This document shows positions 19,899-27,757 of a stretch of DNA of 34,684 bases, one piece after another; the stretch's first letter is position 1, and every line of letters begins with the position of its first letter. The translations under genes and the position numbers were made by a program. This DNA comes from Cyanobacteria bacterium J06626_4 (GTDB lineage: Bacteria; Cyanobacteriota; Cyanobacteriia; Phormidesmidales; Phormidesmidaceae): NCBI GenBank assembly GCA_038523235.1, contig JBCBJQ010000063.1, positions 1 through 34,684 of the forward strand, written 5' to 3'. The notes under the pieces are model-generated. The model did no database searches and was not told where the DNA came from. It saw only the letters and a list, made by a program, of their open reading frames with translations.

Positions 19899-21287
19899 AT
19901 GAGAATTGAGCTAGAGGAGATAAGGGCAAACAGCTATGCGGTCATGAGTCGGTGGCGAGACATGGCGAACGGCAGCAGCGGCTACGGAGTTTGGGCAAGC
20001 AGCACGAGTCAGGAAGGGAGGTGTCAAAAGCAATGGAGCGATCCAGGCGGCAGCTATCGCATTGATCTGAAGTACTGGAACACAGTTCCAGGCAGCGGCA
20101 CGATCACGGTTCGGGTACTCTCAGACCTGGCCAACCGCATAGTCAAGGCATCTAACGCAGTCATTCCAGACGGTACCAACATCGACCCTGCCGTCGAGAA
20201 CCGCACAATTTGGACAGCTTTAGAAGCGGTGCCGATCGACACGGGTGACTGGGTTGAAGTTGGGATGATCAAAGGCCCAAGTAATTGGCCTTATGCGGAC
20301 TACATTGACGTTGAACTAGTCGCCACTCAGCCCCCGGCAAACACCCCACCGATAGCGACAGGCGACAACGCGACGGTGACAAGTGGAGCCACGATCCTCA
20401 TCCCGATCCTCAACAACGATTCAGACTCAGATGGCGACGGCCTGGTGCTCCAGTCAGTCTCTACGCCAACCCACGGCACGGCCACCATCAATGGCTCATC
20501 AATCAGCTACACCGCCCCAGCCAATTACGTTGGGACTGACTCATTCACTTACATCATTTCGGACGGTAACGGCGGCACCGACACAGGCACCGTCAGCATG
20601 ACCGTTCAAGCTAACCAACCCCCAGTCGGCGCGGATGACTACGTGACTGTCCTCGAAAACAACACCATCCTGATTCCTGTCCTGGTGAACGACAGCGACC
20701 CGGACGGCAATCCACTCACCCTAGCAACCGTCAACAAGCCCCAGAACGGCACAGCAACCATGGCCGATGGCTCCATTGCCTACACACCAAACCCCGGCTT
20801 CCTCGGCGCAGACACCTTTACCTACGGCATCACAGATGGCCAGGGTGGCGGGACGATGGCGACTGTTCACGTCACTGTCATCGAAGATTTGAGCTTACCC
20901 CCCGCCCAGGAAATCGATTATCTGCTTAAAGAAAAGCTGTACCCGTTTACCGCAACCTTTGTAAACGATGGCGATACTGTTCAGGGCAGCGCCCACCTGG
21001 GTTTCGGTGTCACCATTCACGAAACAGTTCGGCTCCTTGGTATCAACTGCCCAACCGTGAGCACGGCCACTGGACAACTGGCGAGAGCCAGAGTGCAGGA
21101 AATCTTGTTTGAGGAAGCGATCGCCGTCCGGGTTCAGACTGACTCAACCGAGAAATACGGGCGCTGGCTCGGTACCATTTGGTATCAGGATGCCAACACC
21201 GCTGAGCACGAATGGCTTTCACTCAATCAGCTTTTGGTAGACGAGAATCTAGCCATCGCCTACGACGGCACCACCCCGGCCAATTAA
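19899..21287 (+). CDS. Beta-sandwich (CBM-like) + two Ig/cadherin-like repeats + thermonuclease (SNase-like) domain protein
   Basis: GGAGGA SD; two repeats of NxPP...D...ILIP(I/V)LxNDSDxDG...G.D(S/T)FTY.I(S/T)DG.GGT; C-terminal DGDT...VRLLGINCP...EKYGRWLG...LNQLLVDENLA. Confidence 0.82.
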   Translation: MRIELEEIRANSYAVMSRWRDMANGSSGYGVWASSTSQEGRCQKQWSDPGGSYRIDLKYWNTVPGSGTITVRVLSDLANRIVKASNAVIPDGTNIDPAVENRTIWTALEAVPIDTGDWVEVGMIKGPSNWPYADYIDVELVATQPPANTPPIATGDNATVTSGATILIPILNNDSDSDGDGLVLQSVSTPTHGTATINGSSISYTAPANYVGTDSFTYIISDGNGGTDTGTVSMTVQANQPPVGADDYVTVLENNTILIPVLVNDSDPDGNPLTLATVNKPQNGTATMADGSIAYTPNPGFLGADTFTYGITDGQGGGTMATVHVTVIEDLSLPPAQEIDYLLKEKLYPFTATFVNDGDTVQGSAHLGFGVTIHETVRLLGINCPTVSTATGQLARARVQEILFEEAIAVRVQTDSTEKYGRWLGTIWYQDANTAEHEWLSLNQLLVDENLAIAYDGTTPAN

Positions 21288-21362
21288 TCCACGCCTGAAA
21301 CCACAAAAAACCCCGGCCACCTGAGCAGCCAAGGTTTGTACATCCAAAAGCAACTGGTTCAT

Positions 21363-21878
21363 CTACAGCAGATAACCCGCCCAAGCGACAGCCGCCCCAC
21401 CTGCCGCCAGGTCACCAACGCCACCCGGATCACCCATTCCGACGTAGAAGACGTAGGCCAACAGATAGAGCAGCTTGCCCGCACTATCGACCGCGTTTGT
21501 CGCGTATTCAATCGGCGAAGTTTCAAAGAGGCCGCCGCCGTTGGCCGCAGCATCCCACTCATCCTGAGTCGCCGGAGCCAGCGCGGCATATTGCACTGAG
21601 ACATCGTTGTAGTAGCTATTCATCTGGCTATTGACGTAGGCACCCCAACGATAGGTGGTCGGCGAGTACAGTCCCGCCGCTTCACGGGCAACAGTATTGA
21701 GGCCCCCCACCGCCCGTTGCAAGCCCTGGAATTTCTGCCGTTGATTGCCTTGGGCCTCAGTCTTGGCGTTGCTTGGTTCGACGTACTGCCGCACGTAGCC
21801 CCGCTTATCAAATACCAGGCTTTGAGCAAATTGCCCTGATGCCTCAATCGAGAATAATCCGCCCTTCACTCTAGCCAT
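21363..21878 (-). CDS. Hypothetical protein, phage-like (N-terminus reminiscent of DUF6266-type proteins)
   Basis: MARVKGGLFSIEASGQF...GYVRQYVEPSNAKTEAQGNQRQKF; SD AAGGGGG; overlaps the upstream gene's end. Confidence 0.72.
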   Translation of the reverse strand: MARVKGGLFSIEASGQFAQSLVFDKRGYVRQYVEPSNAKTEAQGNQRQKFQGLQRAVGGLNTVAREAAGLYSPTTYRWGAYVNSQMNSYYNDVSVQYAALAPATQDEWDAAANGGGLFETSPIEYATNAVDSAGKLLYLLAYVFYVGMGDPGGVGDLAAGGAAVAWAGYLL

Positions 21879-22149
21879 CTTGGCCCCCTTTGAAAGTAAA
21901 ACTGCACGCCATTTCTAGGCGTTGAACTCGCTCTGAAAGTTGTTCAACCTTCCTGGCCGTGGACTCTAATTGAGTCTCGATTTCCGAGAACAGGTGCAAT
22001 ACATTGCTGTTTTGCTGCTCGATGGACTTATGGATGTGGCTAATTTGCCGTTCACGGGCGTACATTGACCGGGTATAAGCCCGATACCAGGCCAGGAAGC
22101 TGGCCACGGCCCCCACGGCACCCATCACCAGAGCGTAATCCAGCACCAT
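21871..22149 (-). CDS. Small protein with one N-terminal TM helix and a coiled coil
   Basis: YALVMGAVGAVASFLAWY followed by LESTARKVEQLSERVQRLE. Confidence 0.7.
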   Translation of the reverse strand: MVLDYALVMGAVGAVASFLAWYRAYTRSMYARERQISHIHKSIEQQNSNVLHLFSEIETQLESTARKVEQLSERVQRLEMACSFTFKGGQDG

Positions 22150-22254
22150 AAGCCAGTCCGATGAACACTCTCCATGTCAACTTCTAACCGTTTAGGAAGT
22201 TCTTGGCATGAGAAAAACTGCCCTATATATGACCAAAAACGACAACATCCGGGC

Positions 22255-22461
22255 TTATTTTGAAGTGATGAGCCCTCTTACCCAGCGTTCGATAAATTCC
22301 GATCGCGAGACAGTCGTATCCAAATGCTGGTTGTAATCGGCAACTTTTTGGTCGAGTAATTCACGACCTGCCGGAGTGAGCAAAATCAATACATGCTCAG
22401 TCTTCGGTTGGTCGTAAAGCTCACCTTGTCCCCGGCGCGATCGCTGCCCTGGAATGCCCAT
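22255..22461 (-). CDS. Small ribbon-helix-helix-like DNA-binding protein
   Basis: YDQPK..VLILLTPAGRELLD...VSRSEFIE pattern; starts 1 nt after the upstream stop. Confidence 0.62.
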   Translation of the reverse strand: MGIPGQRSRRGQGELYDQPKTEHVLILLTPAGRELLDQKVADYNQHLDTTVSRSEFIERWVRGLITSK

Positions 22462-22462
22462 C

Positions 22463-22729
22463 TCAGCTTATTTTCGCCTCAACGTCTCTTTCATTATGGT
22501 TGAGACTTTTGGAAGTCAACTGCTGCATGGCAGTTTCGAGCTGCTGGAGTCGTCGTTTCAGGTGGGGTAGCTCATCGTCCAGGCTGGCCGGTCGGAGAAA
22601 TCGTTCAAGGGCTTCGATCGCGACATCCGATCGCGTTCCTCCGGTTTCTTCCATGTGGGCCTCTAACAATTCGTTCAGTTCTGGCGAGATGCGAACCGAC
22701 AAAAGTGGATTGCCTTTTTTGGTGCTCAT
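22463..22729 (-). CDS. CopG/RHH family protein with C-terminal coiled coil
   Basis: LSVRISPELNELLE...GGTRSDVAIEALERFL, then LKRRLQQLE. Confidence 0.8.
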   Translation of the reverse strand: MSTKKGNPLLSVRISPELNELLEAHMEETGGTRSDVAIEALERFLRPASLDDELPHLKRRLQQLETAMQQLTSKSLNHNERDVEAKIS

Positions 22730-22731
22730 GG

Positions 22732-22863
22732 TGATGACAGCTCCCTGAATAATGACCCGTCAGGTGATGACAGATTTGCAGGTTTATTGATGACAAAACT
22801 CGGGTGATGTGATGACAAAGTTGATGACGAACTGATGACGAGCACATAGGGTGAGTGATGACA
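22732..22863 (+). promoter_or_regulatory. Array of seven TGATGAC(A/G) direct repeats in helical phase
   Basis: Copies start at 22732, 22765, 22788, 22810, 22822, 22833 and 22856 (spacings 33, 23, 22, 12, 11, 23). Confidence 0.8.
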
Positions 22864-23077
22864 ACCTGACCTGACTGCCTTTCAGGGTAACGATAAGTCA
22901 GGCTGATGGTTTAACGAGTTTTCAGGGGTTTCAGCGGTTGTGGTAGTACGAATGAATGATAAGCAACTGTAAACATCCTGATTTGTCGTTTATTTGTGGA
23001 CTGTAGCCACCTAAAGCCGTTCCTCTTTTACATGAAAGACGAATACCCTGGAGGGAGGACAGAGTTTTTGACAGACG

Positions 23078-23662
23078 GTGACAAAATCCAATCGGTTTGG
23101 ACAGGCAGCAGTTTTGCCCCCAGAACAGTTAAGGCTTTTGTGGGCTGAGATGGAACAGCCGTACCGGGGCGTTTGTGAGATTGCTTATTTCACGGCAGCT
23201 CGTGTGGGTGAAGTGGTGCAGCTACAGGCGGCGGATATCCAGGGAGAACGCCTTATCTACCGGGCCACCACCACCAAGACGCGCACGACCAAGACCGCGA
23301 CCATTCCCCAGCAGTTGGCGATCGCGCTCTCGCAGGCTGATTTACCCAGCGCTGGTTACTTGTTTCCTAGCAGCGGCACCAAAGGCCATATCACTACCAG
23401 AGCCGTAGACAAGCACCTGAGACGAGCGGCTGACTTGTTGAACCTCGATGGTGTGAGCTTGCATTCCTTTCGGCGCAGTCAGGCCACCCATTTGCACCAA
23501 GCTGGGGTTCCCCTGAGAGCCATTCAGCGCATCACGGGGCATAAGTCGTTGTCGGCGCTGGAGCGGTATCTAGACATCAGTGGAACAGAAGCTGCAGAGC
23601 AGCAGCAGGCGGCTTTGGATAGTCAGTGGGGTGAAGGTGCCGCTGGTAACAGTATGCTTTGA
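23078..23662 (+). CDS. Minimal tyrosine recombinase (catalytic domain only, resolvase-like)
   Basis: AARVGE (R), TTKT (K), HSFRRS (HxxR), TGHKS (H), LERYL (Y); 194 aa with no N-terminal binding domains. Confidence 0.92.
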   Translation: MTKSNRFGQAAVLPPEQLRLLWAEMEQPYRGVCEIAYFTAARVGEVVQLQAADIQGERLIYRATTTKTRTTKTATIPQQLAIALSQADLPSAGYLFPSSGTKGHITTRAVDKHLRRAADLLNLDGVSLHSFRRSQATHLHQAGVPLRAIQRITGHKSLSALERYLDISGTEAAEQQQAALDSQWGEGAAGNSML

Positions 23663-23689
23663 GGGCATCAGCACACCTCAGCTATTGCC

Positions 23690-24766
23690 ATGACTGACCC
23701 CTCCGAAAATCTGAAACGAGAAATTGCCCACCAGCTCTACATCAACCGCAACAATCCCCGTCCAGAAACCATACACAATGCCCGGACCGATTGGGCCAAA
23801 GCCGAAGCAATCGCCCGCAGTCCATTCCGGCGCATGTTATTGAAGCTGAATCAGCCGTTTATCGGGACGGAACGCAAGTTAGAGGGGGTATTGGCGTGGT
23901 TACAGCGGGCAGCACTATTGGAGATTCTGGCACTGGTGGGGAATTTAGGGCTGATCGTGGCGGTGATGACTTATTTGGGGACGGAGAAGCAGCGGCGAGA
24001 TGCGGAGGTGTTGAATGCGTGGCAGACGATTACCTCGGCGGCTGGGCAATCTGGCAATGGGGGACGAATTCGGGCATTGGAGTTTTTGAATGCGTCACCG
24101 GGGGCGAATTGGCGCAGACGGGCAACGTGCCTATGGTTATGCACATGGCCTGCGGAGTGCTTAGATGGCATCAATCTCGAATTGGAGTCTACTGCAGGAA
24201 ATACACCTACAAGAGAACAGTCTCTAGGTGCTTACTTAGCTGGGATTCAACTACCAAGAGCAAGGCTATTTCAAGCACATCTAGCAGGGAGCGTTTTACT
24301 GGAAGCAAATTTAGCCAGAGCAGATTTAACATTTGCGGATTTAGTGGGGGCAGACTTAAGGTTTGCGAATCTAGAAGGAGCTTTTCTAAACGGGGCAAAC
24401 CTTAAAGGGGCTTATTTAGGAGATGCAAATTTAACCGGAGTAAGCTTGAGGTTTGCGAATCTAGAAGAGGTTTCCCTAATACGAGGCAATCTAGCAGGAG
24501 CCGACCTAACGGGAGTAAATCTAGAAACGGCGGACCTTAGAGAAGCAGATCTCACAGAAGTAGTTCTGGGGAATGAGTACTCGGACTCAAAAGGAGCAAA
24601 TCTTGCACAAGCAGACTTAAGACGTGCAGATCTGGAGGGGGCAGATTTGAGGAGAGTAAATCTTGCAGGCGCAAAACTATCAGGAGCAAACCTTAACAAC
24701 ACCATACTTTGCAAAACTCGACTACCTGAGGGGCACTATCTGGACCCCGATCGCGACTGCCCCTAA
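23690..24766 (+). CDS. Membrane-anchored pentapeptide repeat protein
   Basis: TM helix ALLEILALVGNLGLIVAVMTYL, AWQTI...GGRIRALEFLN, long run of A(D/N)Lxx repeats. Confidence 0.92.
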   Translation: MTDPSENLKREIAHQLYINRNNPRPETIHNARTDWAKAEAIARSPFRRMLLKLNQPFIGTERKLEGVLAWLQRAALLEILALVGNLGLIVAVMTYLGTEKQRRDAEVLNAWQTITSAAGQSGNGGRIRALEFLNASPGANWRRRATCLWLCTWPAECLDGINLELESTAGNTPTREQSLGAYLAGIQLPRARLFQAHLAGSVLLEANLARADLTFADLVGADLRFANLEGAFLNGANLKGAYLGDANLTGVSLRFANLEEVSLIRGNLAGADLTGVNLETADLREADLTEVVLGNEYSDSKGANLAQADLRRADLEGADLRRVNLAGAKLSGANLNNTILCKTRLPEGHYLDPDRDCP

Positions 24767-24871
24767 CCCCCCAGACCGTAACGGCGATCGCCCCCAAAAA
24801 CCCGCACGATCGCCATCACAATATCGGCCCTACCGTCCCGGCGGCCACCTGAGGAATGGTCGGGGCCGCAG

Positions 24872-25936
24872 CTATGCAGGCGAGTGGCTACTCCACAGTC
24901 CAAGGCGGTGACAGCCTTCCAGAAAGGCGACCCTCAAAAAGTTGCTGTTCGCAGTCAGATCTTTCTCAGACTGCTTGCGCCAGCTAGCCAAAGCATCTGT
25001 CGGTTCAACACCGTGTTCATCTCGGAGGATCCTGACCTGCTCTAACCAATCCTTAGCATCACCGCTACAGCATTTGGCTTTGTAGCGTTCTTCAATACCG
25101 TATACATCTTTCCATGCGTCCAGTTCTTCACTAATGATGCTGGGGCCGAAGGTGAGCTGAACGTCTGAGGCGGTGAGATTATCGACATCTGGGTTGCTGA
25201 AGTCGATGGAGATTTCAAGTTGCTGGCTAGTAGAGGCATACGGATAGAACGCTTTACGTCGTCCAGCAGCAGTCTGCACCGGATCTTTACTGAGCTTATA
25301 GGTGCTATTGCATTCGTGGCAAGCTGGAGCAAGGTTGCGAAAATTGATGGAATTGAAGGGATAACGAGACTTAGGAAGGTAATGATCATATGCTTCCCGT
25401 TTGCTGTGGTGAATTCCTTTGATATCTCCGATGCCACAGAATGGACATTTGCCCTTGTTGTTGACCGCCACAAAGTCGTGATAGTGGTCGTCAATTTGCC
25501 CAATCTTCTCCCGTAGCGCTTTGGGATTAAAGGAATAGAGTTTCTCAAAGAATGACTTAAGCTGCTCACCCAGACTCAAATGAGTAGTCTCAATATCTGA
25601 ATAGGTGACAACGTGAACAGTTTGATCATTAGCGCAAACTTTCTCAATTTCGTTATTGGCTTGATACCACTGTCTAAATTTATCAATCTGATCAGATGTC
25701 AAAGTGGCAAATAAACCATAAATACTTTCGACATGACTGTTAAAGAAATCTGCTCCTTTGGTATCGGAGTAGTGAAAGGCTTCCATTACTTCTTTGAGTT
25801 CGGCATGGCCGTCGAATAAGTCAAGGCTAAAGGGTTCGCCATCAGGAGCTTTGCACCACACTTCAAAAAAGATGAAGTCGATGAATTCCTGCATCTTCTC
25901 CATCTGATGGGGCACGTAGGTATAGGCAAACAGCAT
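24872..25936 (-). CDS. HNH endonuclease (PtuB-like)
   Basis: CPFCG...AYDHYLPKSRYP...NLAPACHECNSTYK; TAATG overlap with the ATPase stop. Confidence 0.85.
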   Translation of the reverse strand: MLFAYTYVPHQMEKMQEFIDFIFFEVWCKAPDGEPFSLDLFDGHAELKEVMEAFHYSDTKGADFFNSHVESIYGLFATLTSDQIDKFRQWYQANNEIEKVCANDQTVHVVTYSDIETTHLSLGEQLKSFFEKLYSFNPKALREKIGQIDDHYHDFVAVNNKGKCPFCGIGDIKGIHHSKREAYDHYLPKSRYPFNSINFRNLAPACHECNSTYKLSKDPVQTAAGRRKAFYPYASTSQQLEISIDFSNPDVDNLTASDVQLTFGPSIISEELDAWKDVYGIEERYKAKCCSGDAKDWLEQVRILRDEHGVEPTDALASWRKQSEKDLTANSNFLRVAFLEGCHRLGLWSSHSPA

Positions 25937-27714
25937 TAGTCCTGAGCCTCCATGCGATCGAGAATGGTTTTGATCAGCAGCATCTTCTCCACAGAGTCGC
26001 CGAGTTGCTGGTTGATCTCGTTAATCAACTGGTCTTTATCCTCATCGGCATTATTTGATCGCAACCTGAAACCTTCCAGTTTTCTCTGAGCGTGACCCCC
26101 GATGGTTTCGCGCTTGTCAAAGGTGTTCATCGTGATCTTATTGATGGAAGCGCCCAGGGTGTTGTACTCAGGGTGGCTAATCGATACCGTGCCATCCGTT
26201 TTGTGAAACACCAGCACTTTTTCTGGCCGACTGTCGGAGATCACAAAGGGCGTGTGGGTGGTGATGAGCATTTCTTGGCGGTCGGTATCACCGAAGCTTT
26301 GGTAGAGGCGAGTAACAAAGTTGGCTCGCCAGTCGGGGTTGAAGTGGGTTTCGGGTTCATCCAGCAGAAACAGACTGTGGGTGTTTTTGAACAGCAGGCA
26401 GAGTCCCAAGGTGTGCAGTAGCTGGTGTTCACCATCGGAGAACGATTTTAGCAACACCGGCTCAGCGACATCGGTTTTGGTCAGCCAGACGTTCTTGAAG
26501 CGGATGATGCGCTCATCGGCGGCGAGGGTGGGAACGCTTTCGCTGACATAAAGGCTGTCGGATTGATACAGGTCGGCTTTGAGCGGGTCGCTGACGGAGT
26601 AGAGGTTGAGCGTTAGCAAGACCTGGAACGCCTGGAATAAACCGATGGGGGAGCTGGTGATCGCAAAGTCAAAGTTCTCTCGAAAGGCTTGCCGAGTGGC
26701 GTCGTTGACGTAATAGTCCAGATAGAGGGTATCCGTCGAGGGGTCGAGAAACCAGCAGGTAGCACAGCGCTTGAAGCGAGCAATGATGGCGTTAGGGTCA
26801 TCTTCCTCGCCGTCGAGCAGCTTGACTACGTTGACACGACAGCGGGGGATGTCATCGTCTGTCTCCACCGACTCCAGTGCCGGATGACGGTCAATGATGT
26901 CTTCAATTGATTGCTGCTGGGGACCGCTCAAGATGGCAAAAGCCGATATTTGGTCGATATCTAACTCAAAGCTGAGCTGGATAACGATGCGAAACTCTCG
27001 CAAGGCTTCGATGCCGATATCTTCTTGAAAGGGGCTCAGGGCCGCTGCGTCCTGTAGGAGCAAGTTGCAGAGCAAAATCGCTTGGCTAAAGCCACTGTCG
27101 AGATAAACCAGGCGCGATTCGGGCCTGCCGGGATAAGACAACTGCTGGGTCAGCGCCTGCCAATATTCGTCGAACTGGATGAACCGCATTTTGAAAAAGG
27201 GCAGGCTGAGGATTTCGTTCTCGCCGGAGGAGTAGCCGAGAATATAGTCTGGCAGCAGTTGACGGCGTAGCTCTGCTCCGGCGGGTAATTCTTCCCAAGC
27301 TTCCTGACGCGGATTCCACAACGCCCATGTTGGAGGCTGCTCGGGCGGTTTAATGATGCTGATGTGGACTTGCTCGTCTTCGCTGGGCAAGTCTGGGGGC
27401 GATCGCATGAGGTATTCAAGCTCAAAACCGTCTGGGCTGGCTTGGTCGCTCCGAAAGCCGTTGGGGTTTTCCTGTTCTTCGTAGCGGAAACTATCCGGCA
27501 GGTTGAGCAGGTACATGCACTCCAGATGGTAAAAAATGGCCGCCAGTACCTCTAGCAGGTTAGATTTACCGCTGCCGTTGCGGCCAGCCAGGATAAAGGG
27601 CGCAAAGCCTTGCTCGTCTTGCAAGGCCCACTCGCTGCGAAAGTAGTGCTCAAACCCAGCTTGGAGGCTGCGAAAGCCCCGAGGATCGGTGATTTTTAAG
27701 CGCAGAAGTTTCAT
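25936..27714 (-). CDS. ABC-type/AAA_21 ATPase, restriction-system associated (PtuA-like)
   Basis: Walker A GRNGSGKS, YSSGENE, signature FSDGEHQ, Walker B/D-loop LFLLDEPETHFNP, H-loop ITTHTP; start taken at ATG 27714. Confidence 0.9.
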   Translation of the reverse strand: MKLLRLKITDPRGFRSLQAGFEHYFRSEWALQDEQGFAPFILAGRNGSGKSNLLEVLAAIFYHLECMYLLNLPDSFRYEEQENPNGFRSDQASPDGFELEYLMRSPPDLPSEDEQVHISIIKPPEQPPTWALWNPRQEAWEELPAGAELRRQLLPDYILGYSSGENEILSLPFFKMRFIQFDEYWQALTQQLSYPGRPESRLVYLDSGFSQAILLCNLLLQDAAALSPFQEDIGIEALREFRIVIQLSFELDIDQISAFAILSGPQQQSIEDIIDRHPALESVETDDDIPRCRVNVVKLLDGEEDDPNAIIARFKRCATCWFLDPSTDTLYLDYYVNDATRQAFRENFDFAITSSPIGLFQAFQVLLTLNLYSVSDPLKADLYQSDSLYVSESVPTLAADERIIRFKNVWLTKTDVAEPVLLKSFSDGEHQLLHTLGLCLLFKNTHSLFLLDEPETHFNPDWRANFVTRLYQSFGDTDRQEMLITTHTPFVISDSRPEKVLVFHKTDGTVSISHPEYNTLGASINKITMNTFDKRETIGGHAQRKLEGFRLRSNNADEDKDQLINEINQQLGDSVEKMLLIKTILDRMEAQD

Positions 27715-27757
27715 GCCAGCATCACGCAATTAGCAAAGCAATGGGGATGAACTGGCG

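Noticed and set aside
22732..22863. CRISPR array
   Set aside because: Repeats are only 8 bp with 3-25 bp gaps, and no cas genes are present.
24872..27714. Retron-associated PtuAB
   Set aside because: No reverse transcriptase or msr/msd-like region in the window; the upstream partner is hsdS.
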